From Proteromonas lacertae (lineage: Eukaryota): a stretch of DNA of 64,000 bases. Both the position numbers and the translations under genes were made by a program. Below are positions 35,058-49,285 of the stretch, in pieces (position 1 is the first letter of the stretch; each line of letters begins with the position of its first letter). The notes beneath the pieces are model-generated. The model was not told where the DNA came from. It saw nothing but the letters and a program-made list of their open reading frames with translations, and searched no databases. The stretch lies in assembly GCA_002245135.1 (NCBI GenBank), contig NGBS01000879.1, positions 1-64,000 of the forward strand, in the 5' to 3' direction.

Positions 35058-38000
35058 TTATTGGTAATTACATGGTAACAATATAAACACTTTATCTGTT
35101 GACTGTAAAGCCGTATGATAAGGAGGATTGGTATACACATAATTTTCAGGAGGATCAAACCTATACAAACCTAAAGCTAATCTACTTGAATTTAATAACG
35201 TTAAGAACAAGTCACCAAATGTAATTTTCTTAAATTCACTGATCTCATGTAGTTCTATATGACCTAAATGTACTCCAGATGTACAAAACAATAAATTTTT
35301 AGTAAATATTGCTTCTTCGATACTGAAAAATGCTCTAATCATGATAATGTCTAAACATGAAAAAGAGAGTGACCTTCCAGAGGCAGCAGTAGGATAATAC
35401 AAAAACTCTATGCAAATATATCCATAAATAAATCGTACGATCACTATTGATTGTTAATTTAGTTGATGTTGAGAACTGTGTGTTTTCTGATAGATAGTGA
35501 ATGTTATTTGGCACAGTGGTGATATATACACGATGAATAGTAACAGGAAGTGATTCTGATAGTTTAATGGATCTTAACATTATTTTATAATCACAATACA
35601 ATAAAGATAACTAAATTAAAAAATTGATAATATATATATATATATATATACATTTTCATTGTTCTTTGTATCTAAAACAATAAATACATCAATAGAATAA
35701 AGGAAATCTGATACTAGACTATTGTAAATTATCTAATTAAAGAAAACAAAAGTTATGGGAAGGAGGGAAGAAAATGATATAAATTCATCTTCTGAATAAA
35801 TCATTATAGAATCACACATGCCTTTCATTGATTCTAATACACTTTCATCTATTTCACCAATTATCACTAATTTACTAATATATTCACTCCACTTACCTAT
35901 AGTCTGTATTAATGATGATGTTAATGGACTTGTCTTTATTACATTACCCCAAATGGCAATAATCCTATTTTGAAAATTAATAACTTTAGCTGATGATTGG
36001 TTGATGGATTTCTTTGATATTTTATTGGATAATGATTGTCTCTTCAAAACATCTAACAGTGATGACCTTCTGGGAATTTTCATTGGATGAATTGTTTTAT
36101 TAGGTGGAGTATTGGCTATTTGTATTTGAACATGCTTTGATAAAGATGTATTAACAATTAAACTGTTATTATTACTAGTATAATCATTATTTTGCTGTTG
36201 TTCTTTTTCTGCTTCACTATTGACTGTATTTGGAATATTATCGTAATTATTTGCACTACCAAACCTATGGCTTGCCAATGATACTTCTCTGATCATTGTT
36301 GTTCCATCACTACGTGGAGTGATAATACCTTTAACAAGATTGTATGTTAAATTATCACCTTCTAAATCATTGATCTTTATTTGATTAACATAGGAAACTA
36401 TGTTTTTATCACTACTGATTATTACAAGTGTATCTTTTAACTGTAAGGTTTCTTCATATGGAGTGATGATTGGTCTTTTATAGTAAAATTAAAGAAAAAA
36501 ATAATACTATAATATTATTGTTTATGTTTTTAATAAAAAAAAAGATATAATTCTCCATCTGTTCGTTGTCTCAATATTCCAATCAAAAGTGCTGAATGTT
36601 TTTCATACAAATAAGAAGCTAATATAAAAAATGTTCTAATAATATATAATAATAATAATAATAGTATATATATACTGACCAGTAAGTGCTTTAGTCATTA
36701 TGCATGTATGAATTGTATTAGAAACACTCTCTGAATAAATATTGAACCAATCATCATCATTTTGAAAATGTGAAGCATCAATATTAGGAGAGTAAACCAA
36801 ATTTATTAGTAAAGTATGTAAACCAGGTGTAAAAGCAGTTTGAAATAATAAATTACTGTATAATGAATATTTTGACATTACATGCTTACATTTCTTTTGT
36901 AATGATATTGGGACACTATCTTCATAATTTACTTGTAAATAAATTGGAACAGTTTTACAATAATCCTAATAATAATATATATATATTAATATATATATAT
37001 ATATATACAAATAATTTCAATAATATCATTGATGTAATACCATCACTTTCAATTGGATCATTCGAGAAACTACTTATTAAAAAACAACCTTTTGCCTCTT
37101 TATACTATTTATCATCATAATTATATTATATTATATTATACTCGAGCTTTTTTCAATATACTTGATCTTAATATATCACCCTTGAAATATTGAACTAATT
37201 GATACTTTGGCTTCTTTAATAATGCAATTAATTTATCAGATGGATCTTTATCACCTATTAAAGCAACTTGAACCTTTTGATTTTTATAACCATTAAATAA
37301 CTCACGAAGTACCATCGATATCTCATATTCTGCTGGATCGTACCATATTATTACAACATGATCTTTACTTATACGTCTTAAATATGATTTATATTTGGGT
37401 AATTCAGTAATAGCGTCAACTACACTCGATAATTGCAACGGCAAAATGGATATCATAAAACCAATTGATACGGTCATTATTATTCTGGTAGATGCCTTAT
37501 TGGCTGTGATATCTCCATATCCTATGGTAGTGAATGTGACTATGACAAAATATAGCGCATCGTGGAATTTTAATTCTTCTGTAAAAGCATCTGGCCATAT
37601 GTGGGAAATTTCAAACATTATACTAGCACAAATAATTATCAAACCCAGCAAAATTGTTAATAATACGAATATTTGTTGAGTCAGCTGGTGCTCTCTTCGA
37701 TACTCCACTAATCGCCTTAGTTTTAATACTCTCATTGCTTTAAATATACGTAGAAATGATAACACTTTTAAATTGTCTGAGATTAAAGAAATAATGGGTA
37801 TAATTGATAAAATATCAATTATGAAAATAGTAGACATGCAATAAGTCTTTCTATCAGCTGCTCCTATTACACCAGAAACTAGATCCATCAATAACAGACA
37901 AGTTAAACAAACTTCAATCACCTGAAAATGCTAGAATAGATAGACTAATATACAGTTAATGGTATATTTTTACTGTTGTAATAACATTGTACTATGTAGT

Positions 38001-38091
38001 GGACTATTGAAGCAACACACAAAAATATTTCAAATCTTGTATATAACTTGGAAAACAAAAACTCTTTCACCTTTTCTGTTATAGCATCCAT
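35058..38091 (-). CDS. BK/Slo-type potassium channel with RCK domains, multi-exon
   Basis: S4 LRIFKAMRVLKLRR; pore FHDALYF...TTIGYGD; RCK HVVI; C-terminal TFGDLF...LGLYR...VYTNPP...DKVFIL. Confidence 0.9.
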
Positions 38092-38222
38092 TTCATTCTA
38101 AGAAGAAAATGGGAATTTTGTTTTTCGGTGTGCCAAATATTTTTACCCAAAAATATTTTTATCAAGTTAAGCTTGATAGAAGATTTTAATTTTTTTGAGT
38201 TTAATGCCTTTTGGAGATCAAT

Positions 38223-39362
38223 ATGAGTGTTGTTGTTGTGCTCTGTGTATATGTTGTGTGTTGCCAATTCTGATTGGCAGTTTTTTCTTTTACACAGCTT
38301 CTAGTAATACTAGAACTCAAGATATAGAAACGTATGAATATAAAAATTCATTGTAATTTCGATAGTTATAATAAATACGCAGAAATGTGGAAGAACCAAT
38401 CAATATTTGATTATAATGGTCTGTTTTTAGTGTCAATATCTGGTTTAATTGATCCATCAGACAATGATACAATAGAAGAAACTGGAATTCTGAATGTCAC
38501 AAACAGAAAAGAAGGAACAGCATATCCCTATCGAGATAAAGTTCAAAACGAAGATCCAGCCTTTGTAGATTACACACCAAAGTACTATGAAACCACCTTA
38601 ACCTTACCATTTTTCACAGAAAACCTAACAATCTCAATATTCACCTGTAATTCAGTTCCATGTGATGATGAAGATATATCCAAGCGAATTATTATATATA
38701 ATACAATATACAATAGATCAGATGAATATACAGCTATAGATATAGATTGCTTAACCAGTGGATGTAATGAGAAATGTATAGCGAAGAATGGAACATGGAT
38801 TCCTGATCAAGGCAAATGTATTATTCCTGTTGTGTTAAAAGAGTTTTGTATAAGAATAATGAAAACAGAAGATGGTAAATGGATATGGGATTCAGGTAAT
38901 GATGATGATGATGAGTATATATTTATTATTTATTATTTATACTATAGTGATGATAAGAATAATATAAAAGCGAATAATAAAGATGGTTATAAGTGGAGGA
39001 ATAAAGATAAAGGTGGATGTAGATATGATAAAATGAAAGATGAAATGTCACCATCTTTTTATGGTTTAACTGATCATAGAAACAGTGTATTAATCAGATT
39101 AAGGGAAACTACAGATCCTTATTCAATATGTGATGATTTAACTAAAGGTTGTACTTCTATGAATAATGATACAACTGCTAATTGTTTTGGAGTTTCATTA
39201 AAGTCAAATATTTATACAGGTGCAGTTATATTCGCATTTGGATTATTTGCTTCGCTTGTAATTGCTTTATGTTTTGTGTTTAAAGTAAAGTCAACAACTG
39301 TTCCTGATACTGATATAGAAGTGTCTGTTTTGTCAGTTTTTCAATTATCACAAAAGAATTAA
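38223..39362 (+). CDS. Cys-rich membrane protein of unknown function
   Basis: Cys-rich ectodomain and C-terminal TM (GAVIFAFGLFASLVIALCFVF); start and introns approximate. Confidence 0.65.
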
Positions 39363-39492
39363 AAAAGAAAATAATGATATTATACTTGTGTTTTATATAT
39401 TATTATTATTATTATTATTATAAACTAGCTTCAGTAAATCTTTTATTTGTTATTTTATTTATCATGTTTTATTATATTGTTGTTGTTGTTGT

Positions 39493-40771
39493 TTATAATT
39501 GATACATAATAACTCTTAAATGTTTATTTGGATGGTTTTCTACCATTTCATTACACAATTCTTGTTTTTTCACTATCTTATTTCCATAGAGAGATACTTC
39601 AATTAATAAGGGACAATGATAAATATTTTTAATTAACTGCTTTACACAATAATCTGTTAATACACATTTTGAAAAATATAAATATTTTAATCTAGTTACT
39701 AAATGAATATTATTACAAAAACTATCAAATCCAATTCTAGTAATATTATTTGCAGATGAATCAAAAGATTCTAATAAAGGAATATATCTAAATGAATTAC
39801 AAACATAAATCAATCCATTATCATCTATTTCATTGTTAGAGATATCTAATCTCTTAATATTAGAAAAGAAATAAAAATTATCACACAAATATTCCAGCTC
39901 ATTATAATAAAATGAAATATCATGAAGATTCATATCTCTTAACACTATTTCACATTCTCTTTCAACTCTTGATAATGCATTATCAATAATTCTTTCTATT
40001 CAATAATAAATAATATTATTTTTTAATACTTGTTCTTTTGTTTAATGGATGGTGACAAGTGTAATAATAATCATTATACTTTAATAATTCAACTAATCTA
40101 TTACTTTTATAAATACTCTGATTATCACTATTATCTAAATCTAATTCCATTCTTACTTCTTCATATATCATCTTATTACCTAATAATCCATTGATTACAC
40201 TTTCATATTTTTTGTATTCTTCTTTTAAAGTCACATTACTTATATTGGATAAGGTTACATACTTATAAACTGATAAATAATTAAATAATTCAGGAATATT
40301 CTCTAAAATTGTATGAATAAATAATCCTAACATCACTCTTCCTGCTTTTTGAGTATTATTTGTTGATAGAAGTTCGCTATTTAGGTAATCTGCTAAGAAT
40401 ACCTTGCCTTTTGTACTGTACAGTATATTTGATGGTTTTAAATCAGCATTCCACACTCCTATCTTTTCTAATTCGATTACAGTGCTGATTGCTGTTTTGA
40501 TTACTTGTTCTTTTTCTTCGTCAGACACCTTAAGCGATTCTAGTTGATCTTTTAGATTATACTTTGTTTTTCTGGAGGTAATGCATATCCGGTTTTTATC
40601 AGCGTAACATATACTTTGTTCTAAAATATGAGGGAATGTACAATAGTTAAGTATTTTCCTTTGTTCATTATATACATACACTTTTTCGTAGGGGATAAGA
40701 TCGGCATCGAATATCGTTTTATTTATATTGACTTGGCTGTGATTTTTAGCTTCTCTAGACTTTTTCTTCAT
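39493..40771 (-). CDS. Divergent (pseudo)kinase + leucine-rich-repeat protein
   Basis: NADLKPSNIL/LADY kinase-like exon, then RI-like LRRs (LDISNNEIDDNGL, LYGNKI) after a short intron. Confidence 0.7.
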
Positions 40772-40854
40772 TATCACAATTGAAATACATTTTAATACAC
40801 AAAATACATGTATATGTTTCAATTTAAATTTTAAAATATAAAAAGTGAAATCTA

Positions 40855-42518
40855 ATGAATGGAAATGCTATATCTGATTTATTATCTCACATTGAAGAGT
40901 TGAATGGTGGAGAATTCTTTGAATCAAGCAGAGACCTATGTAGTTTAGTATTATCTCACTTCTCTAAAGATAATGAATTGGAACTTGATTTAAAAATAAT
41001 AGCCATGAAATTATATGGAGATTCAGTATATGGACTTGAAGAGTATGAAAGATCTTTAGTATTTTGAAATAATCCTTACTATTTACTTAGTCGATATATG
41101 AAGAGGCATTAGCATTGCATGTTAATATTCATGGAGGAGAAGAGAATAACAGAGAAAGAAATATCAGTCATAATCTAGCATTTTGTATTTATAAAAGCTG
41201 CAAGAGAATAGGAGGAGAAGAATACTTAGAAAAAGCATTACGTTATGTATTAGTACTATATTATCAATAAATAGCTGGAAGGAATACCTGAGAATCTAAG
41301 AAATCTGAATGAAAGAAATGCAATGATTAATATTTACCAACATTTCCATAACAAAGAGAGTTTATGTAGTGAATGTCAATCTTTATTGGATATTAATCCT
41401 TATTGTTTAGAAGTAGTGAAGAAATTACTGTATTTAAATCCAGAAGCATAGTATATATATATATATATAATATTATTATTATATAGTGAATCAATTATAA
41501 CACTCTATTCAAATAACAATAATTCAACAACAATTTTACAAAGTGAAATATTTATAAAATTATTAAATATTGAATATTTAATATTGAATCAAGATATAAA
41601 AGGAGTAATCAATGTCATAAAGGAATTATTAAATGATTATCCAAACTGTACTTATTTAATGTCAATATTAGCTAAATGTTATTATAATATTGATAATATT
41701 TATGATAGTTACAGTTTATTAAAACAAATACATATTAAAGAACCATTAAATATTGATGTAATGGATTTGTATGCATTAATATTGAAATCTTATAATAATA
41801 ACAAATCTACTTATTATGAATTAGAAAAGTATATATAATTAATTCTATTATATGTATCTAATAGTTTATCACAGTATTATATGAAATATTGCCCAAATAA
41901 ATGCCAAACTTGGGGAATTCGTAGTTTAATCGAAAATTCCAATAATGAAAATGGGGATGATGAAAGTCTAGAATATATCGACCAAGCACTGTTCATCAAT
42001 AAAGATTATTCATTTGGTTATATCATAAAAGCATCAATTCTGAATAATATGAAGAGATTTAATGATTCAATTACTTGTTATTGGATTAGCTTTAGTCTTG
42101 CTAATGATTTGTATGATTTAGAGAGAATTATTAATTGCTATATTCTACTGAAGCAATATGACGAAGCTAATTGTATAACCGATGAAATTGAGAGAATCAT
42201 ACCACAGAATTCACATTATTGTAATAGTCATTTATTGTATTTGAAAGGTAAAATAATGATTAATAATCCTGAAATATTCTATGAAGATGCGAAACAGGTG
42301 TTTATAAAGTGTTTAGATGTAGATGATGAGAATATATTGGCAATGGTTGAATTAGCTAAAATATATATGACTTGTGGTAATTATAGTGAGGCATTGAAAT
42401 TATTAAGTGTTGTTTGTAGTAAGAAACCATGTGAAGATGTGATGTTGCAATATGCTAAGTGTTTGAGTCAATGTGAAGAAAAAGACAAAGCTATATTGAT
42501 ATACCATAAAATATTGAA

Positions 42519-42556
<38 letters not shown>

Positions 42557-42631
42557 AGAGATAATCCTATGAATAGTGAAGCTGATAATGAATTAAAGTC
42601 GATAAATGAGCTAAGAATTGATTATTATTAA
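40855..42631 (+). CDS. TPR protein, APC7/CDC23-like, multi-exon
   Basis: LYGDSVY..EEYERS, EPLNIDVMDLYALIL, and TPR helices. Confidence 0.65.
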
Positions 42632-43381
42632 AATGATTGTTTAAATGATTGTATTCATTTACAAATAAAACCAATAACAAAACATAATTAAACAAATTAA
42701 TATTACATACTAAATAATAACAGAATTTTGAGATTTGAACTAAAATGTCATAGCTGTCTATAAGTGATCGATTGTATTGGTGTGAATCATCATTCAATAT
42801 CAAAATAAATTAGATTAGGTGAAAAGAACTAACGTTTAGTTATAGATTCTCTCAATATCAGTTCTAATACACCATTACTCTTGATTTTGACGTAAATGAT
42901 GACCCCCTCCAATATACTCTATCACTTCCTTCTTATTCTAAACAACTACTCTATTTAAGTTCAATTCTTTCAATTCTGTCATTCTTTAGCAGGTAATTTA
43001 ATTATATATTATATAGTAATTAATAATTATCTTCATATTGTATGTAATTTCTTGGTTTTCATTGATATTTTGTAATGATGTCTAGAAACTCATCCTTATC
43101 TTGTTCTTTTCCTACAGACTATAATACGCTTACTTATTTTTACTTTTATGTAATAATTTCACTATTTCACTATTTTCACATGAAGATATTAAAAAAATCA
43201 TTTCTAAAAAAATGATAGAAACTTTTGTTTCTACGATTATATTTTTTGATCTAAAATGTTGATAGAAGATTCGACTCCTTATTCATATAGTTTTCCATAA
43301 ATATATGGATTTGTTGAGTTCATTACCTTGTTATATACTTGTCTCATTTCAAATATTGAAACGGATATATTGAGTTTAAAA

Positions 43382-44770
43382 ATGAAATCTTTCAAGTTAA
43401 TCATCTTCATTGCATGTTTCCATTGCATATTCAGCTTACATGTATCATTGCTAGACCGTAGCAAGTTAGCGCCTGTGAATAGAAGACATCAACTATTGAA
43501 AATTCTGTCTGCTCCGAAATATGTGAGAGATACTAGTTCACCATTGATAAAAGTAACTGATTTTGGAGGTGATCCTAGTGGAGAGAAAGATAGCACTGAT
43601 GCTTTCAAAAAAGCCGTAGCTGAATTATTAAGTCGAAAAAAGTACAATTGTACAATGGCTGATGGAATCAATGATTTGGGAGGTGCTGTAATCGATTTAG
43701 AAGGTGGAAACTACACAATCTCTGATACAATTCTCTTCCCTTACTTTTATGGAAATTATCAACTAAAAGATGGTTCAATTCGTGCTTCTTTAAGTTTTCC
43801 AAGTGATAAATTTATGTTACAATTTGGTGGTGATGTAGAATGTCAAAATCCTCAAGGATCATGCATTCAAAACATAGCAATCAGTCACTTATTTATTGAT
43901 GGAAGTCACATAGCTTCAGGTTTAATAAAAATCAGTAAAACAATGGGTAGTTCTTTAGGTCCACAATTATTCTTCACAGGCTTATAATAAATATGGTTTA
44001 TATTTAGATGGTGGACATGAATCAATGTTACATCAAGCATGGTTTGGTTCATATTATTACTCAACACGTTTAAATAATGGTACTGCAATATCAATACATG
44101 GAAATGATCATTATATAACAGATACAATTGTATTTAGAGCATATACTGGTATGGAGGTATATAATGAAGCAACTGTTATAAATGGATTTCATTCTTGGAA
44201 TGATGTTACTGAATATGGATTAATTATTCGTACTAGGTATTTAAGAATGACAAATTCATATATTGATTATGCTAGAATGAAATTAGAAGGAGATATTGAT
44301 CATGTTATTTTGGAAAATACATTTTTCTTAGAAGGAACATTAGTATTAGAACCACATAGTCAAACTGCAAGCATGTCAAAATTTCTTCATGTTTAATTCT
44401 GATTATCAAAATAATGGTCATGAAAAAGGCGTTTCAGTCATATATTCTCAAAAGTATGGTAAATACACAACAATTCGAAATGTAAAGATAGAGAATGTAT
44501 TTCATACTAATAGAGACTTAATAAGAATGACAAAAGTGAAGTTAACAAAGAAAGCAAACAAATGCAACAAGTTGGATATTTGATTTATCCAATAAGCTAG
44601 TATTTAATCGAATTGGAAATGTTCATTATTCAATTCAAAATGAAGAAAACAAATTTGTTCAATCGTATATAAAACCATTTGAAAAAGACAGTATGAAAGT
44701 AGAGATAATAACATCTGAGCCAGTAACTGGAACAATATTCTTAACAGTTGATGAAAATAATGATGATTAA
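43382..44770 (+). CDS. Secreted pectin-lyase-fold protein, QRT3 polygalacturonase-like
   Basis: Signal peptide; DFGGDPSGEKDSTDAF, GINDLGGAVIDLEGGNYTIS, GSIRAS, GTAISIHGNDH; one intron plus apparent frameshifts. Confidence 0.75.
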
Positions 44771-45699
44771 ACATTTAATAAATATTTACAATTCTTCTTC
44801 ATAATGTATTGTGTATTATTAACTATAAAAATGATAGTAATTTAATTTTCATTTCTCTTCAATTTCTAAGTTATTTAGATTAAATCCACGCTATTTTAAT
44901 AAAAATAACCTAATCTAATATTAAATAATATCTACTTATCAATAGTAATATGCAATTAAATAAGAAATTTCATATTAATAAAGAAACTAATTTTCACCCC
45001 TTATTTTTTTATTTTGAAAAGTGAAAGCTTAATATTTCTTAAGAAACATAATGATAAAGTTGTCATAGTCATACTTACACAAAAGTACAGAATTATAATA
45101 TAATTCATATACCAAGCAAAGAAAAAACAATCGAATAAATTATATTTATTATTTTTGTTTAGATCGATAGAAAGATAGATTACTAATATGTAAGCTTTAA
45201 GGAAGTGTGTAAAGAGCATATCATTCACGATCTTTAGTTTCACGGATTTTTCTCAAAGATTCAAGTTTTCTGTTGAACGTAGATGGAAGGGCGTATATAC
45301 CTAAAAAAGATAAGACATTATCTGGTAATCATCAAATAGGCATGCTCCTTTAGTCATCAACTATGGTCAAGCAGTAGAGGATAAATATAGTGCTGGTAGA
45401 ACTAATGTTTGTATTAACAATAATATTAATAAATCTCGTATATCAATATCCATTTGAATTTTAATCTTTTTGTAAAAAATCATATATTGACAAGAAATAC
45501 CTATCACCTCTCCTATACTTACACAATAATAATATAATCCTTAATAGTAAGTAATGACAAAGCCTATCTTATGATAATCATGTTTTTGAGATAGTATTTG
45601 TAGTATACTAATAATTAGACACAATTTAAGAGCCTTTCTACTTCATTGTCTTTGATGACTTTTGTTAGTGTTTATATTTACTTTTAATTCATAATCTTT

Positions 45700-46323
45700 T
45701 GTTTTATGCCGTTGGGAGATAAATGGGTTTTAGATTACGTTGAAGTTATAAACCATTTGATAGTATACCATTCTTTGAAAAACCCATTTGACCATCGGTT
45801 AATGCACTTTTTAATTTTCTGATATTCAAATTTTATGCTTAATAATGATTAATACAATTATACTACGAAGTTATATTATATTATAAAAGAGAAATAATTC
45901 TTCAAAGAAAAACAAACAAGCTTTTTGGCTTGATAATTTTCATTATCATTTTTCATTAAATTTATGACTGAAATAAGTCTACTGTCTGACACATCAAGCG
46001 AAGTAAGGAGATTATATGAAGATGGAAAGTTAGAAGATTAGATTTCATTTTTTCAGCAGCTTACTGAAATTATGTATTGAAGTTTAAAACTAATGATAAA
46101 TATATATGTATCAAATGTAGTAATCAATAGAAATATAATGTTAAAACTGTAAAGCCATAATAGGGCATATGATGATTCATCATAACTACAAAGATCCAGT
46201 TGATAGCAAAATAAATGTGGAAGATATAGAAGAAAATTTATTTTAGTTTATTGCTTAACTAACAAGCCCGCTGTCGAATTAGTTTTTAATAAAACCCTTT
46301 TATCTCTCAACGGCGTACAACAG
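45700..46323. mobile_element. MITE (~620 bp) related to the 20174-20774 element
   Basis: Left TGTTTTATGCCGTTGGGAGATAAATGGGTTTT versus right AAAACCCTTTTATCTCTCAACGGCGTACAACAG; same CTCAACGGCG(C/T)ACAACAG terminus as at ~20758-20775. Confidence 0.75.
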
Positions 46324-46324
46324 T

Positions 46325-46548
46325 ATTTTTTCGAAAGCATTAAAAAAAATGGATTATATCCTAGTGAATCATAATATAAAAGATTATTATTTATATTATC
46401 TACAACTAGTGCTACCCAGTGTCCTATTTCATCAGGATTTGCTGTAGTAGTTAATGTATTTATTATAATGCCCCATCTATCTTTTTGATGTATTATTTGT
46501 ATTACTAATTCATCCCAACGAAATACACCATGAAATTTACCGTAGATT
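46325..46548 (-). pseudogene. Relic adenain-like viral protease homologous to 2459-3019
   Basis: KFHGVFRWDEL...DRWGIIINT...IGHWVALVVDNINNNLLYYDSLGYNP aligns by eye with YFKGVILWDEL...DVWCVILCT...VGHWVSLCVNNNTRRIMYYDSFGDKP. Confidence 0.85.
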
Positions 46549-46569
46549 ATTTATGATAATCTCTAATTG

Positions 46570-46640
46570 TGTTTGCTAAGAATAAATTCTGATCCATTAT
46601 CTGTTTGCATGATTTTAGGTATACCAAATATTCCACATTG
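46570..46640 (-). pseudogene. rve (retroviral-type) integrase core fragment
   Basis: GIFGIPKIMQTDNGSEF, the second-Asp motif of rve integrases. Confidence 0.8.
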
Positions 46641-46769
46641 CTAAGTATCAACTTTATTTTTTAATATATAATTAGCTATATTAGTTTAGTAATTAACTGT
46701 ACTTTCCTTCCCTTTCGATTTTTTAAAATAATTTAAAATTGAAACGACTATTTTTCTTATTATTTATGA

Positions 46770-48305
46770 ATGGATGAAACGAGAGTATGATGCTATATAT
46801 GATTAATAGAATAATGATTATTTTGAGTTTCTTAAATCAATCACAAAAGGTACTGATGAATTGATCGATTTAGTAACAGATAGTGAAGAAGAAAATGTAG
46901 CGCATATTAGTCCAAAGAATAGCAATACAACAGGTAAATTAGAAAATGAGATTAATATCAAACAAAAAAGAAAGAGAAGAAAGAAATGTGGTAGAAAGAC
47001 AATAAAATCAGTTACAATTGATCAACCACTTTATCGTGATTATTTCCTATCAAATAAAGAGTTTGCAGATAGTTATATAAAGTTAAGTATTTCAAATTAT
47101 GTAGAACCAGTAGTTAATGATGTATTTTTGAATACTATCAATTAATATATTATTAGTTAATACCAATTCCAGATAAAGATGAGCCAATATTAGAATGTCA
47201 AGGAGTATATCGCAATTTAATGAGTAAAGAGAATGATTTTTGTGATGGAATATATACAAGCTTTATTCTCAAATCTGTATTTTTTTATATCTCATGATAT
47301 TGTATGTTTATATTAATAATAGAAAAATTATTTTAATCAAATAAATGATGAAGAAATAACAGAAATAAACTGTAAGAAAAGTAGAGAAGAATTTGAAGAG
47401 TATATGAAATTTGTAAAGAATGACTATTATGAATTATACGATCGATTTTCACTCTTACAGAATAACGGCGAAGACAGATTAACACAAAAATATATAGAAT
47501 TTGTATATTATATATAAATATAAATGATTAGAAAGTATTGATGAAGAAAGAGAGATTGAATATAAAAGTAATAAGTCAAGAGTATATTATATAACCAATA
47601 TATTATCATTTTTTAGTGAATTAAACTATCAAATACAACGTACAATTGATAATAACAGCAAAATGGTGTTTGGCGTATATATAAATATGTGTATGTAATA
47701 TATTTAATAGAATATGAGAGATATTAGTGATGATTTGTGTAATGCAATTAGAGGTGATGGTGTTGAGGAGGAAAAAATACATCCAAAGAGCTGTGTTTAT
47801 TCTATCGATTCTGTAATAAAATATCTTAAAGCTAGTAAATATTTTTTTATATATAATTATAATTAAATAGATAAACTTGATGAATATAATGAAATGTATC
47901 ATAAAAAGTTAACAGTAATAAATGTATGTATATAATTCATCACATATAACTGATTAATAGATTGAGAATATTTACATTCCACCAACATTTGAATATTATA
48001 GGAATTACAATTCATTAAGAAGAAATTTTGAAAAACAAATAATAGATAACAACATAAGTGCAATTAATATAGAATCGTATAAAGAAATAAATGTATATAT
48101 AATTATTTTTATATTATTTTTGTGAATAGAATCAGGTAAAAATCAACGATATTGAAGAATCGTTAGATGAAGATGATAAAGTTGAATATGGAAAAAGAAA
48201 AGAGATTTTCAATTATTCACCAATAAGTTCTGATGAAGAGAAGGAAATAGATAATAATAAAGTGAATATGAATGAAGAATTAGAGGAAGAGCAGATATTT
48301 AGTAG

Positions 48306-48339
<34 letters not shown>

Positions 48340-49262
48340 GAGGAAAAACAACAACAACAACAACAACACAATAAGAACGAGAATTACTTCAATAATCAAA
48401 ACTATCATTTTACTCATGATTTGAATGGAATGGAAGTAGAATATGATAATGAAGATATAGAAGATAAGAATAGTATTGTTACAAAGAATAGAATTGATGT
48501 AATAGCAGATGTTTTGTATAATGAAATAAAGAACACTTATATTCCATACACATATTATAATCCAATTAGTTTTGAACTTTCAATTGGTGATATTTATAAT
48601 CAATTGATAAACAGTATATATATTATATTATAATGAAAATAGAAAAACTAAAACCATATAATCAGATATATACACATAATAGAAAAATACACTTTGGTAT
48701 TAGTAAACAAGATTATACACTTGTTGAAAAGAGTGCAATTAAAAGTATGAATGAGAATATATTCTGTTTGAAATGTGGTTCTTATGTTTCATCGGGTAAG
48801 GAGCTTGAACATCTTAACAACGATATGATTCGTAATAATTGCCTGAATAATATCAAATATAGGAATAGTAATAGTAATATATTAGATTTTGAAAGGCAAA
48901 TAATACACAAAAATGTAATGTCAGTTGGTGGATGTTTATCAAAAGATAATACAATAATTGATGAAGTAATAAAAGTTGATAATTTAAAAAATATTGATCC
49001 AATATGTGAGATATGTAATAAAAAGTTTGATCAAAGTTGGGATTCTGATATAGTTGATAATGTTTATACAAAAATGATTATCATTGAAGATGAAAGATTA
49101 GTGTTTTATCACAGTGATTGTTTTGAAGTTATGAATGTGATTAAATATAAAAGAAAAAGTATTGAGAATAGTTCAAACAATAATGATGATGACTTATTTA
49201 GTCTTTTTGAAGATAATGGTGATAATGAGGGAAACTATTCTGAGAAAAAGACAAGGTTATAG
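46770..49262 (+). CDS. PCF11-like protein (C-terminal zinc fingers), multi-exon
   Basis: CLKCG...EHL and CEICNKKFDQSWDSD...FYHSDC; start approximate. Confidence 0.6.
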
Positions 49263-49285
49263 CAGATCTACATTATTATAATTAT

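Noticed and set aside
42800..43220. Possible small minus-strand gene
   Set aside because: Multiple stops and no identifiable family; at most a decayed fragment.
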